Counted from the stretch's first letter, positions 1 through 12,836 are shown. The stretch is DNA of 64,000 nucleotides from Centroscyllium fabricii (GCA_051313645.2 JBNRSN020000005.1:27280001-27344000); one strand, 5' to 3'. A program made the numbers and translations. The notes: a model not told the origin generated them from the letters alone.

Positions 1-420
1 ATAGATGTGAAAAAAGGCTAAAGGGGTTAAATTATGAGGACAGACGTTCGCGGCCAGGGCACGAGCGGGGCACTGCGATGACGTCATCGGCTGCGGCGAA
101 GCGCCACGGGGCGCTACCGGTTACCGCCCCCACCAGCGCCCCACTAAATATCGCAGGAGGCGCAAACAACTGAATTTTTCCCCCTTATAACTCTTATGAC
201 AAAGGGCAGTGGAAATCTGGAACTCTCTCCCCCAAAAAGCTATTGAGGCTGGGGGGGTCAATTGAAAATTTCAAAGCCAGATTGATAGATTTTTGTTAGG
301 CAAGGGTATTAAGGGAAACGGAACCAAGGTGGGCAGATGGAGGTACGATACAGATAAGTCATATCTAACTGAATGGCGGAACAGGCTCGAGGGGCTGAAT
401 GGCCTCCTCTTGTTCCTGTG
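1..420 (+). mobile_element. Degraded CR1 3' end interrupted by a GC-rich MITE fragment (about 44-185)
   Basis: CR1 tail ggctcgaggggctgaatggcctcctc; insert shares GATGACGTCATC and the GAATTTTTCCCCC terminus with the element at 35443-36155. Confidence 0.6.
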
Positions 421-467
421 CCCCTAAAAGTGATGGTCGGGATTGTGAGGAAATTTAGAGTGCCTCA

Positions 468-756
468 TGTTACCGAATTAACGACCTCGGAGACGAGATA
501 TTAAGAGGTGAAACAATCGGCTTTTATTAGCTAAAGGTGGACATGCACCAGCTAGTCGACCGTCCCCAGGAATGGCTGGGGGAAGGGAGACGGCCGCTTA
601 TGTACCTGGTCCTGGGAGGGAGGAGTCACAGGCGGGGCCAGCATGGGCATGTCCAGGTAACCACACACAGAGAACTATTATACAACATGGTTAAAGGTGA
701 TTACAGTAATATATACATATATATATATATATACACACACACAGTGGTTTACCACA
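468..756 (-). mobile_element. Solo Gypsy LTR
   Basis: TG...CA ends, 5-bp TSD CCTCA (463-467, 757-761), minus-strand start TGTGGTAA as in the LTRs at 40132 and 15035, AATAAA on minus strand. Confidence 0.85.
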
Positions 757-1202
757 CCTCACTAAACAGAGTGCAGTGGAAGCAGTCGATCTAGATTTTT
801 GGATGGCATTTGATTATGTGCCACATGAGAGGCCTACTGTAGAAATGAAGCCACGTGGTGTTGAAAGGAATATAGATACATAGATCAAGAGAGGGCTGGA
901 GACAGAAGGTAGAGGTAAAGAAATGCCTGTAGCGCTTGCAGGACCCAAGAACCACACAGGAGCCGGAGAGACAGATAACACTTGTTTAATTAACAACTAC
1001 ATAGCAAGAAAGAGACTGAACCACGAGGAGCAGGCTTATTTAAACTACCCGCCGCTCGTGACCTCATCACGCCGAGAGACGTGGTGACGTCATCGTGTCA
1101 CCCGGTGGGCGGGGCTATGCTCCGCAGTACTCCCGAGGCGGATTCGCCAGCCGGCGTACCGCTACACAGCTCCCCCCAGAATCCGTCCGAGAGGAAAAGA
1201 GT

Positions 1203-3992
1203 CTATGCGAGGCGTCGTGGTGGCCGTAAGATGCGGCCGGCACGTGTCGTGCGTTGCTCCTGGTTCTGCGGTGGAGTGTGGGCGGGTGTTGGTGTGGGAG
1301 GGCGTCCGCGTTGAGGTGGTTGGGCGGGGACTGTCGCGTCGCCCGCTATTACGTGTGCCGGTTTCAGCCGGTCGTTGGAGACAGTTTCTGTCCGGTTGCC
1401 CAGCTGTAGCTGAAAAGCTTTGGATCCCGCCCGAAGCACTCTGTAAGGGCCGTCGTAAGGTGGCCGTAGAGGTGAACGATGGGCGTCGTAAGGTGGCCGT
1501 AGAGGTGAACGATGGGCGTCGTGACGGACGAACACGTACTTTGCGTGCTTGATGTTGTCCGGTACACGTGCCGCCGGCTCTCCGTGCCGGGCCACTGGTA
1601 AGGGGGTGAACGCTCGTGCCGGGTTGGCAAAGTCCTTGAGGAACTGGTCGGCCGACCAGGGAGCGTTTGATTCGGCGAGAAACTCGCCCGGCACTCTTAA
1701 TGTCTGGCCGTAGACGAGTTCCACTGCTGAGGCGTGCAAATCTTCTTTGGCCGCCGAGCGTAGTCCGAGCAGTACCCAAGGAAGACGGTCTGTCCATGAT
1801 GCGTCTTTGAGGCTGGCCCGCAGGGAGGCTTTCATGGAGCGGTGGAACCTTTCGCAGAGCCCTTTAGCTTGTGGGTGGTATGCGGTGGTTCTATGCAGGG
1901 TCACCCCGAGGTCGCGGGCGATGGCCGCCCATAGTGCCGACGTGAATTGGGGACCTCTGTCCGACGTGATGTCGGTGGGCACGCCGAAACGGGCGACCCA
2001 AGTCGCGATGAACGCCCTGGCTAAGTCCGTGGTGTTGGTAGCAACCAGGGGGACTGCTTCTGGCCAGCTAGTGTTGCGGTCGACCATGGTCATGAGGTGT
2101 GTGTGGCCCCGGGATGGCGGCAGTGGTCCAACGAGATCGACATGGACGTGGTCGAAGCGCCTGGCCGGCACGGTAAACGTTTCCAGCGGGGCTTTGATGT
2201 GCTTGTGCACTTTGGCCCGCTGGCAGGCGATGGTCCAGGCGCGGACGTCTTTGCATAGGCCGCGCCACACAAAACGGGCCAAAATAAGTTTAATGGAGGC
2301 GCGGGTGCCGGGGTGGGACAGGCCATGGAGGGTCTCGAAAATGCGCCGCCTCCATGCGTGGGGGACGACGGGTCTGGGCTGCGGTAACGATACGTCGCAG
2401 CAGACTACGGTGGCCGCGGGGCCATGTGCGATGTTGGCCAAGCGTAGACCAGGGAGGTTTTCTGCTGGGTCGAGCAGGTCTGGGTCTGCCAGCTGGTCTG
2501 CTGCCAGCTTGGCATAATCGACCGCCATTTGGGCGGCGTTAATGGTGGGATGTGACAGGCAATCAGCAACCACGTTGTCGCGGCCGGAGATGTGCTGGAT
2601 GTCAGTAGTGAATTCCGACACGGCTGCGAGTTGGCGCTGCTGCCTGGCCGACCAGGGTTCGGAGATCTTAGCCATTGCGAATGTCAGCGGCTTATGATCC
2701 ACGAAAGCTGTGAAGGGACGGCCCTCCAGGAGGAAGCAAAAATGGCGCAGCGCGAGGTAGAGAGCGAGGAGCTCCCTGTCGAAGGCGCTGTACTTGACCT
2801 CCGGGGGCCGTAGGTGCCGGCTGAAAAAGGCCAGGGGCTGCCAGGAGTTGCCCGCCCACTGTTCGAAAACGGCCCCGACAGCGTGGTCAGAGGCGTCAGT
2901 GGTGAGGGCCACTCTGGCGTTGGGCCTAGGGTGGGCTAGGAGGGTGGCGTTGGCCAGGGCGGTCTTGGTTGCGGTAAACGCGGTGGCGGCGTCGGCCGTC
3001 CACTCGACCGCCGTTTTGCCGGACTGCCCGTGTGTGGCCTGGTATAGGGGAGCCATGAGGGCGGCTGCACCTGGGATGAAGCGGTTATAAAAGTTAACCA
3101 TCCCGAGGAACTCCTGCAGGCCCTTAATGGAGTGCGGGCGGGGTAATTCCTGAACTGCCTCCACTTTGGAGGGCAGGGGTATGGCCCCGGTTTTGGAAAT
3201 GCGGTGGCCCAGGAAGTCTATAATTTCTAGGCCGAATTTGCATTTAGAGGGGCTTAATATGAGGCTGTGTTCGGTCAGGCGCTGGAACAGGGTCCTGAGA
3301 TGCAGGAGGTGCTCCTGGGGGGAGGTGCTGGCCACGAGGATGTCGTCTAAGTAGACGAAAATGAACGGCAAGTCCCGCAGGACTGAGCCCATTAGGCGCT
3401 GAAAGGCCTGGGCCGCGTTTTTGAGTCCAAAGGGCATCCCTGAGGAACTTGGACAGGCCGAAGGGGTAATTACGGCTGTCTTAGGGACATCCGCCGGGTG
3501 CACCGGGACCTGGTGGTAGCCACGCACCAGGTCGATCTTGGCGGAGAAATCCTGGATGTGGGGTACGGGGTACCTATCCGGGGTGGTGGCGTTGTTGAGG
3601 CGGCGGTAGTCGCCGCAGGGGCGCCAATCCCCGCCCGGCTTGGGGGCGATGTGGAGGGGAGAGGCCCAGGGGCTGCTGGAGCGGCGGGTTATGCCGAGTT
3701 GCTCCATAGTGCCGAACTTGGTGCGCGCAATCTCCAGCTTGGCCGGGTCCAGCCTGCGGGCGCGGGCATGCACGGGAGGGCCGGTGGTGGTAATAAAGTG
3801 TTCCACCCCGTGTTTGGCCGTGCGGGCGGTGAAGGTGGGATTGGTAAGGGCTGGGAACTCAGCGAGGAGCGAGCCGTACGCGTCAGAGTTCCGGGCGCGG
3901 CATTGTGCCGCCGCGTGGGCCAGGAGTGCCGGCCCTGTGGCGCATGGGATGGTCGACATATTTTGAATGTCGACCAGGCGGCGCTGGGTCAT
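1203..3992 (-). pseudogene. Gypsy pol (RT-RNaseH-integrase), damaged
   Basis: YLDD, TDAS, HHCC region, DRG/ER integrase and GPY motifs; short in-frame deletions, 33-bp duplication ([11 protein letters not shown] x2), frameshift relative to gag-protease. Confidence 0.9.
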
Positions 3993-4099
3993 GTCGACCA
4001 GGAGGCCGTGGGCGCAGAGGAAATCTGCCGCGAGGAGGGATGATGTGACCTGGGCCGTGACAAACTCCCATTGGTACGTGTGGCCGGCAAGCTGGATTG

Positions 4100-5512
4100 T
4101 TAGCTTGCGGGTGCCGTACGTTTTGATGTCCGAGCCGTTGGCAGCCGCGAGCCCCGGGTGACTTTTTTGGCTTCTGCGGGGGAGGCTGGCACGATGCTGT
4201 GCTGTGCGCCTGTGTCGCAGAGGAACCGGAGGCCTGTGCCACTGTCTGTGACGTAGAGCAGGGCTCCGGTGTGACCTACAGACATGATGGGGGCTGGGCC
4301 GGGCTGTGGCTTGAACGTGCAGGGCAGGACGCAGCGGTGCGCTTTAGTGCCGAACCGCGCGTGATAGTAGCAGTGACAGGTGCTTGCTGCACGCGGCTGC
4401 TTGGGAGGGCGCGGGAGCCTGGGTTCAGGCGTTGGGTTGGACCTGGGGGGCGAGTGGGTGGGCTCGACTGCCGCGGCAGTGAGGTCACACGTGGCGGAGC
4501 AGGTGCGCTCAGCCGCCATGAGCCTGTCGGCTTCCTCGGCTAGCTCGTCCACGCTCCGATGGCAGAAGGCCGCCAGGGCCGGTCTGATGGAGGGGGGCAA
4601 CTTAAGGAGGAATATGGTGCGGAACAGGGAGGCGGGATCGGCGGTGAGCGCTTGCATTTGGCCCCAAAGGTCCGATGGGTCTGCGTCCCCGAGTTCGGGG
4701 AGGTTAAGGAGTTGGCAGTCGCGCTCAAACTGGGAGGGGGTGAATTTTTTAAGTAGCGCGGCCTTGGTAAATTCATACCTGCCTGCTGCGGTCACGCGCT
4801 GTAGCTTCAACCACATCCGATCGATCGTCGATTGCGGTAGGGCCGAGAAGACCAGGTCGTAGCGGTCGTCCCCCTGGATGCCATGAGTGCGGCAGCTGGT
4901 CTCTATACACATAATGTGGAGGTGCCGGTGTTGGACTGGGGTGGACAAATGCAAGAAGTCACACAACACCAGATTATAGTCCAACGGTTTTATTTTAAAT
5001 CACAAGCTTTCGGAGCGCTGCTCCTTCGTCAAGGTGAAAGAGAGAGACTGACTTAAAGATCACATATCGGAGGAGGGGAGAAATCCGATCTCTTCCACAT
5101 CTCATTCTGTGGATATCGGAGGAGGGGAGAAATCCGATCTCTTCCACATCTCACCCTAGAGACAGAGAAATCCGATCTCTCTGTCTCTAGGGTGAGATGT
5201 GGAAGAGATCGGATTTCTCCCCTCCTCCGATATCCACAGAATGAGATGTGGAAGAGATCGGATTTCTCCCCTCCTCCGATATGTGATCTTTAAGTCAGTC
5301 TCTCTCTTTCACCTTGACGAAGGAGCAGCGCTCCGAAAGCTTGTGATTTAAAATAAAACCGCTGGACTATAATCTGGTGTTGTGTGACTTCTTGCATCTA
5401 TACACATAAACCACGCTGCCGGGCGTTGCTCCCAGAACTCCGGTAGAGTTAGTCTGTGCCCGGGGTTCTGGCCAAGTCCTTGTAAACGAGAAGCTTGGTT
5501 TCTGGAAGTCAT
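4100..5512 (-). pseudogene. Gypsy gag-protease, interrupted by a Penelope palindrome
   Basis: ATG at 5512, LPEFWEQRPAAWFMCIE continues across the insertion into TSCRTHGI; protease FLCDTGA. Confidence 0.85.
4915..5396. mobile_element. Penelope-like inverted pLTR (near-perfect palindrome) with hammerhead-like motif
   Basis: Arms about 4949-5165 and 5177-5397; flanking direct repeat TCTATACACATAA (4902-4914, 5397-5409); same family as 45748-45976. Confidence 0.8.
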
Positions 5513-5911
5513 GTTGTTTTTGAAAGTGTTCTGAGGCTGCTTGGTTTTCAGTCCTGTAGCTGCGGTTTTCTCCTTGGAAGACGTTCCAAGTCGGGGTCAC
5601 CACTGTAGCGCTTGCAGGACCCAAGAACCACACAGGAGCCGGAGAGACAGATAACACTTGTTTAATTAACAACTACATAGCAAGAAAGAGACTGAACCAT
5701 GAGGAGCAGGCTTATTTAAACTACCCGCCGCTCGTGACCTCATCACGCCGAGAGACGTGGTGACGTCATCGCGTCACCCGGTGGGCGGGGCTATGCTCCG
5801 CAGTACTCCCGAGGCGGATTCGCCAGCCGGCGTACCACCACATGCCTTTCAAATTGGAAGGCTGTGGATAGCGGTGTGCCCAGTGGTCTGTGCTTGCACC
5901 TTGATTTGCAA

Positions 5912-6690
5912 TGAGGCGCAACAGTAGTGATAGTTCCGGTTCCGGTCCTGGCTGGAGCGGCCGCACCTCTATGTGAAATTAACTTACTTTAATCGGCCGC
6001 CATCTGACGCCGGGAAGGAGCCCGGTAAGATGGGGGCGCGGTTCAGCCAACGGGAGTGAGCGGGGAGCTCGGAGGACTCGGGGTGAGCCGGGCCAGGCGC
6101 CGGGCCGCGTGCTAGGCCCCAGGCCTCGGTCCGGAGTTCGGACCTCCAGGGAGTCAGGATGGCCTTGGCTTGGAGCTCCGGGGAGAGAATGTATTGGGCG
6201 CCTGGAGGAGAGCTAGGCCCCAGGCCTTGGTCCAGAGTTCGGAGCTCGGTGGAGCCGGGATTGGGCACCTGGAGGAGAGCCAGGCTAGGCCCCAGGCCTT
6301 GGTCCAGAGTTCGGAGCTCGGGGAAGTCGGAATGGCGCTTGGACAAAGGTTAGGCCCCAGGACGCTGCACCTGGAGTTCGGAGCTCCGTGGATTCGGGGG
6401 AGCCGGCATGGTGTCGGGCAGTAATGGAGTCAAGTCAGGAGTAACCACGGAAGGAACAGCGGCAGAGCAAGTTAACGGAGCAGTGGAGGACAATTAACAT
6501 CGAACTAAGTAGCCAGAGCAGGAACGGGACCCACGATGATGGTGCCGGAGAATGGCTGACGTCTTGCGGGCTCGTGCGTGCTGGGCAGCTTAATGTCCTT
6601 GTTGCGCGGTACGTTCGGGCAGCATTAAGCATTTCACTGTCTAAATTGTATTTAGTACATGTGACAATAAACTTGAACTTGAATCTGAAT
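5912..6690 (+). mobile_element. Non-coding non-LTR retroposon with GC-rich body, internal repeats and TGACAATAAA(CTTGAA)n tail
   Basis: Inserted in CR1; its 3' 120 bp recurs independently at 38244-38357. Confidence 0.6.
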
Positions 6691-7368
6691 GTGCTGTTGA
6701 GACCAAATTAGGGGACATGGCAACCTGTGAGGGAAAATGCAAGAGACTGGAGGAGGACAGAGCCAGGTTATTGAAATAGGCAGATAGGTGCCAAATACAG
6801 TTCAGAGAATTACATCAAACTTGCAGCACAGGAACAGGCCATTCGGCCCAACTGGTCCATGCCGGTGTTTATGCTCCACACTCTACTGCAGCTCACCCTA
6901 TCCGCATATCTTTCCATTCCTTTCTCCCTCAGTTCAATGCAAAGAAATGTGAAGTAGTGCATTCTTGAGAAAATACGATGAACGGAAGGATACCTTAAAT
7001 GAGATTTTTTTTAAATCAGAGTGAAGGAACAAATGTAGGAATTTGACACATCGATCTGAGAGTGCAGGTCGCAAGGCCATAAAAAGACAAATAGAAGTCT
7101 GAGTTTATATATAGGGCCACTGATACAAACAAACCGAGTGTTGAATTTGTACAAGGAATTGGGTAGGCAACAAATGCTGGAAATACTCAGCAGAAAAGGC
7201 AGCATATGTGGAGAGAGAAACAGAGTTGGCGTTTCAGGTCGATGAACCTTCGTCAGAACTGGAAAAAATCAGATGTAACAGATTTTTAAGCAAGTGCGAG
7301 GTGGGGGAGGGAAGAACAAAAGGAAAGGTCTGTGATAGGATGGAAGGCAGGAGAGATTAAATGGCAGA

Positions 7369-7515
7369 AGTTGTGGCTCAGTGGGTAGCACTCTCGCTTC
7401 GGAGTCAGGTGGTCATGGGTTCAGATCTCACTCCAGAGACTTGAGCGCATAATCTCGGCTGACACTCCAGTGCAGTGCTGAGAGAGTGCTGCACTGTCAG
7501 AGGTGCTGGCTTTTC
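7369..7515 (+). mobile_element. tRNA-derived Deu-type SINE 5' fragment
   Basis: A box tggctcagtgg, B box ggttcagatc; similar to 26595 and 46905 copies. Confidence 0.65.
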
Positions 7516-7663
7516 CTTTTAGTCATTTAATCTCTCCCGCCTTCCAGCCTATCACAGACCTTTCCCTTTTTGTACTTTTCTCCCTTCCCCCCACAACTGC
7601 TTAAAATCTGTTACATCACAATTTTTTTCCAGTTCTGATGAAAGGTCAAGGACCTGAAACGTT

Positions 7664-8482
7664 GGGGGGGGGGGGGGGGGGGGGGGGCGATTTCGCCGGA
7701 AGGGCTGGAACCTGGCGGGGATCGATCTGGGCCGCCTCCGGCCCCGCCCGCCCAAACAGCTGGGAAGGCCACGCAATTTTAGTTTAATTAGGTTGTTAAA
7801 TCCACGCCGGCGGCAGCGGGAGGTAATTAGGTCAATCGAGTCGGACTGCATCGGGGCTGCGAGGAGTTTGATTGACAGTTCCAGCACTGGTTGTTGACAG
7901 TTCCCATGGAAACACTCCAACACTCCATTGTGACATCACAGTGGAGTGGAACCAATGGGAACGGTCAAGTGCTGTTGACTAGCAAGTGGGCGGGCGGGCT
8001 CAGAATTCTTGACAGCTCGCAGCGGCTGTGAGGAGATGTTCAGAACTGAGATTTCTCAGTTTCTGCTCATAGCTGCTGCAGCCACAGCGGAGTTACTTAC
8101 TCCTCTAAGGTGCTGGAGGCATGCCAAGCATTTGGCAGCATGTCCTTCACACCTTCAAGGAGAAAATTATAACCAGCGCTGTGCTCCCGCTGGGTTTCAC
8201 CTCGCGGGGTTTAAGGTGACGGGGTTAGGGTGGGAAACAGCTCAAAATGGCTGAGGGCCCTTAAAATGTTATTAAAGATGCCAATTTAGGGCCCTTAACG
8301 AGGTGACAACCCATCCCCGCCGGCCGGCGGCGGGAAGGTTTCAGGGCGGGGAATCTGGGCGGGTGAAAATGATAAAGCGGCGGCGATACGGCGGGGGGTG
8401 GGGTGGGGGACCCGCCGGTTCCGCTATTTTGCCGGCCGGGCCGCCGAAAACCCCACCTCACGGGGACATGAAAATCCCCCCC
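7664..8482 (-). mobile_element. About 800-bp MITE (G-run/C-run termini, Harbinger-like)
   Basis: Reverse-complement homologue of 21231-21992 and 48700-49472; splits a Penelope repeat. Confidence 0.7.
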
Positions 8483-10011
8483 GTAGACTCTGTTTCTCTC
8501 TCCACAGATGCTGCCCGACCCGCTGAGTATTTCCAGCATTTTCTGTTTTTATTTCAGATTTCCAGCAACCGCAATATTTTGCTTTTGTATTTGGTTAGGC
8601 AACAGTTGCAGCAGTACGTTCAGTTCCAGGCATCCCACTAGAGGGAAAGCCAGAGAGTCGGAACTGTGAAGATTCCCTGGAACGATGCCAGAAATGAGTT
8701 GTTAAAGTTACGAACAAAGGCTCAACAAATGTTTTTTGTTCTCACTGGAACAGCTAAGGTTAGAGGGGATCCAAAATTATTGGAGATTTTGAGAGGGTTA
8801 AGTAGATTGCTTCCACTGCTTGGCACACCAGTAATAAGGAGACATAACCGGAGGATTATGACTGGAAGCGAGAAGTTGGAAGAAATCTTTCACACAGTGC
8901 TGATTTAAAACATGGAATGCTTTACTACAAGTGGCTATTGAGGCACGAACTATCGCATCATTTAAAAGGTTAACTGGAAAAAGGAAGAATATTAAGGGAT
9001 GCGGGAAAGGGTTGCGATATTGGGATGAGAATGGATCGTTTCAGTTGAAGAGCCAGCACCAGCACAGGCACGATGGGCCAAATGGTCTCCACATTTCCCG
9101 CAATGCACTGACACTGGCAGCACAATCACCGGCCAGACCCTCCTGTAAGATGCATTTTAACCGTGATGGCGTTTTCTGAATGTGACAAATGAAGTGCAGT
9201 GCAGAGAATCACCAAAAGTTCAGCACAGAAGGATGCCATTCTATGCCAGCTCCAATCAGAGCAATATAATCTCCTTCCTCGTTCCTTGGAATACCTTTTT
9301 TTCTCATTCCAACTCAGATGAAAATACAGAACGGACTGAATCCTTTACAAATCCCCGAAAAGAAAACAAGGGCTCATCAATTTTCCTGCGAGTGGTTGAT
9401 TTAGGATGTACGGAGGTTAAACTTCTGCTGCAGGATGAGCCAAGTATCTTTTAGCCATCTGTTCGAGCTGGATCAGTGCAGTGCTTAATATTAAGTGACA
9501 ACCTTAAGCAAAACAAGCCTGACACAACGCAACAGCTGCAGTGCTTTTTGGAGACAATGCCGAAGAAACCCATGATAACCAGAACATATTCTCAGCACAC
9601 AAAAACATTGGCAGCAGTCAACAGACCAGAGGAAAGGTTAAGCCTCACCTTTTCTCTCCTCCCCCCTTCCCATTTTAAGTTCGTTTCAAGGGCACGGAGC
9701 TTTGAGTGACGATCGTTTATTAACAGCCTGACTAAAGAGAGATCACTGCCAACGGATGCCCTCTCCTCACATTCTCATTACGTTTACCCCCTTTCTTTAC
9801 AAATCAGATGCAGACAAGATGGTTAATTATTCTTTCTGTTTGCAAACTGAGTTTTCAATCTGCTGGGGTCTAATTAAAATGCTGCAGGCTAACATTTTAA
9901 AATGCTCGAGGCTATGCGCCCCGAGAAAATGTTGACATTTTGTGTTTAAACCTGATGCAATCTGGTGAATCTTAACAAATGTTATATTTCATAATTGCTA
10001 GATTTATCCTT

Positions 10012-10541
10012 TTTTATTTATTCATGAGGTGTGGGTGTCGCTGTCAAGGCCGGCATTTATTGCGCAGCCCTAATTGCCCTTGAGGTGGTGGTGAGCCACC
10101 TTCTTGAAGCGCTGCAGTCCGTGTGGTGAATGTGCTCCCATAGTGCTGTTAGGGAGGGAGTTCCAGGATTTTGACCCAGCGACGATGAAGGATTGGTGAT
10201 ATACTTCTAAGTCAGGATGGTGTGTGACTTGGAGGGGAACTTGGAGGTGGTGGTGTTCCCAAACGTCTGTTCCTCATGTCCTTCTAGGTGGTAGAGGTCG
10301 CGGGTTTGGCAGCTGCCGCCGATGAATCCTTGTCGAGTTGCTGCAGTGCATCTTGTAGATGGTACACACTGCAGCCACGGTATGTCAGTGATGGAGGGAG
10401 TGAATGTTTAAGGTGGTGGATGGGGTGGCAATCCTGGATCGTGTCGAGCTTCTTGAGTGTTGTTGGAGCTGCACTCATCCAGGCAAGTGGAGAGTTTCCA
10501 TCGCACTCCTGATTTGTGCCTTGTAGATGGTGGAAAGGCTT
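10012..10541 (-). mobile_element. LINE 3' fragment (CR1/L2 superclade)
   Basis: LKKLDTIQD...VCTIYKMHC remnant; homologous to 36705-37190 and 62070-62310. Confidence 0.7.
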
Positions 10542-12170
10542 TAGAAACATAGAAGATAGGAGCAGGAGTAGGCCATTTGGCCCCTCGAGCCTGCTCCACC
10601 AGTCAATGCGATCATGGCTGATCATCCAAATTCAGCACCCTGTCCCTGCTTTCTCCCCATATCCCTTGATCCCTTTAGCCTTAAGAAATATATCCAACTC
10701 CTTCTTGAATATATTTAATGAATTGGCCTCCACTGCCTTCTGTGGTAGAAAATGCCACAGGCTCACCACTCTCTGGGTGAAGAAATTCCTCCTCGTCTCA
10801 GTCCTAAATGGTTTACCCTTTATCCTTAGACTGTGACCCCTGGTTCTGGACTCGCCCACCATCGGGAACATCCTTCCTGCATCTAGTCTGTCCAGTCCTG
10901 TTAGAATTTTATAAGTTTCAAAGAGATCCCCTCTCATTCTTCTGAACTCCAGCAAGTACAAGCCCAATCGACCCAATCTCTCCTCATACGTCATTCCTGC
11001 CATTCCAGGTATCAACCTTGTGAATCTTCGTTGCACTCCTTCCATGGCAAGAACATCCTTCCTTAGATAAGACAACCAAAACTGCACACAATACTCAAGA
11101 TGTGGTCTCACCAAGGCCCTGCACAATGGCAGCAAGACATCCTTGTTCCTGTACTCAAACCCTCTCGCTACGAAGACCAACATACCATTTGCCTTCTTAA
11201 CCGCCTGCTGCACCTGCATGCTTACCTTCAGCGACTGGTGCACAAGGACGCCCAGGTCTTGTTGCATTTCCCCTTCTCCCAATCTATTGCCATTCAGATA
11301 ACAATCTGCCTTCTTGTTTTTGACGCCAAAGTGGATACCCTCGCATTTATCCACGTTATATTGCATCTGCCATGCTTCTGCCCAATCACTCAACCTGTCC
11401 AAATCATACGGGCGTTTCTCGGCATCGTCCTTACAGCACACACGCCCACCCAGCTTTGTGTTGTCTGAAAACTTGGAAATATTAGATCTAGTTCCCTCGT
11501 CTAGATCATTAATATATATTGTGAATAGCTGGGGTCCAAGGACCGATCCCTGCGATACCCCACTAGTCACTGCCTGCCACTCGGAAAAAGAGCCGTTTAT
11601 TCCAACTCTTTGCTTCCTGTCTGCCAACCAGTTCTCTATCAAAGTCAATACCTTGCCCCCAATCCCAAGTGCTTTAACTTTACACGCTAATCTCTTATGC
11701 GGGACATTATCGAATGCCTTTTGAAAGTCCAAGTACACCACATCCACTGGTTCTCCCTTATCTATTTTACCAGTTACATCCTCAAAAAATTCCAGTAGAT
11801 TAGTCAAGCACGATTTACCTTTTGTAAATCCATGTTGACTTTGTCTGATCCGGTCACTGTTTTCCAAGTACTCAGTTAATACACTTTTATAATGGACTCT
11901 AGCATTTTCCCCACTACCGATGTCAGGCTTACTGGTCTGTAATTCCCCGTTTTCTCTCTACCATCTTTTCTGAACAGAGGGGTAACATTAGCTACCCTCT
12001 AATCCATGGGTACTGTTCCAGAGTCTATCGAATTTTGAAAGATGACCAGCAATGCATCCACTATTTCAATGGCCACTTCCTTAAGTACCCTAGGATGTAG
12101 ATTATCAGGCCCTGGGGATTTATCAGCCTTCAATCCCGTCAATTCCTCTAACACGATTTCCCTACAAATA

Positions 12171-12836
12171 CAGGTTGAGCACTGGTAAGCTGGCACCCGA
12201 TGGTCCGGCGCCTTCAGTGGTTTGGCACGAATCGAAACCGGCGGCTTTCAGTTTGCGGAGCAGCCGCTTGGCGGCGCCACCATTTCCCGCGAAGGGTGGG
12301 CGAGCGCCGAAGGCATCGGGCGTTTGGGTTTCTGTTTTTTAGTGTTCTATCCCTGGGCTCCCTCCCGGGGAGTGTTCTACCCACGCGCTCCAGGCCCCGG
12401 GGAGTAAGGCGGTGACTGGGCTATGAACCATGGACAGCCACGGCAGGAAAGTAGTGGTCTGTGACAACGGAACCGGGGTAGGTTTGTATTTTATTGGCCT
12501 AGGTGCGATAAGAGGAAGTGAAGCGGTGGCCCGGCCGAGCCTGAGGTGGCGGCTCGCTCCCCTCAGCCTCTCCCTGTGGCCCAGGGTGAGGGCGCTGCAG
12601 TCACAATACCTCACCGTGCGCGGCAATCCGAGGGCGTGGGCGATTTTCTCTCCGGCAGAATCCCCGAGTCCCGGTATTACTGACAGCTCTGTGAGCACCT
12701 GAGAGGCCGAGCCTCCTCCACTCACCCCCTGCACCTCTCACTGCAACCGCTTGCATTTATGTTTACCTTCAGTGGTTCAGAATTTTCAGTAATCATGCCT
12801 GGTCCCGAGGGTGCCAGATTACCGGTGCTCAACCTG
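12171..12836 (+). mobile_element. pogo/Tigger-like non-autonomous DNA transposon carrying ACTR2 cargo
   Basis: TIR CAGGTTGAGCAC(T/C)GGTAA at both ends, TA target (TA left, TT right), clean insertion in CR1. Confidence 0.88.
12430..12477 (+). pseudogene. ACTR2: Captured first coding exon of actin-related protein 2
   Basis: MDSHGRKVVVCDNGTG followed by GTAGGT donor; recalled human exon 1 is MDSQGRKVVVCDNGTG; no further exons seen in the window. Confidence 0.9.

Larger units (their letters stand above)
928..5842 (-). mobile_element. Full-length Ty3/Gypsy LTR retrotransposon, CsRN1-like clade, disrupted
   Basis: 239-bp LTRs at 928-1166 and 5604-5842 (4 differences seen), 4-bp TSD TGCC, tRNA-Trp-type PBS TGGTGACCCCGAC at 5590-5602, PPT next to the 3' LTR, gag motif [18 protein letters not shown]. 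Confidence 0.93.
7165..8590. mobile_element. Penelope-like inverted terminal repeat pair (7165-7368 minus; 7516-7663 and 8485-8590 plus) with central SINE fragment
   Basis: CTGATGA-stem-GAAACGT motif at about 7635-7662 and an inverted copy at about 7228-7257; tail ctctccacagatgctg...ccagcattttctg. Confidence 0.75.
762..9110 (+). mobile_element. Old CR1 RT fragment broken into pieces (762-927, 5843-5911, about 6690-7165, about 8590-9110) by younger insertions
   Basis: Collinear degenerate CR1 motifs (AFDxVPH, GVPxGSVL, TKLG, QFWxP, 3' tail) resume across each insertion. Confidence 0.6.
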
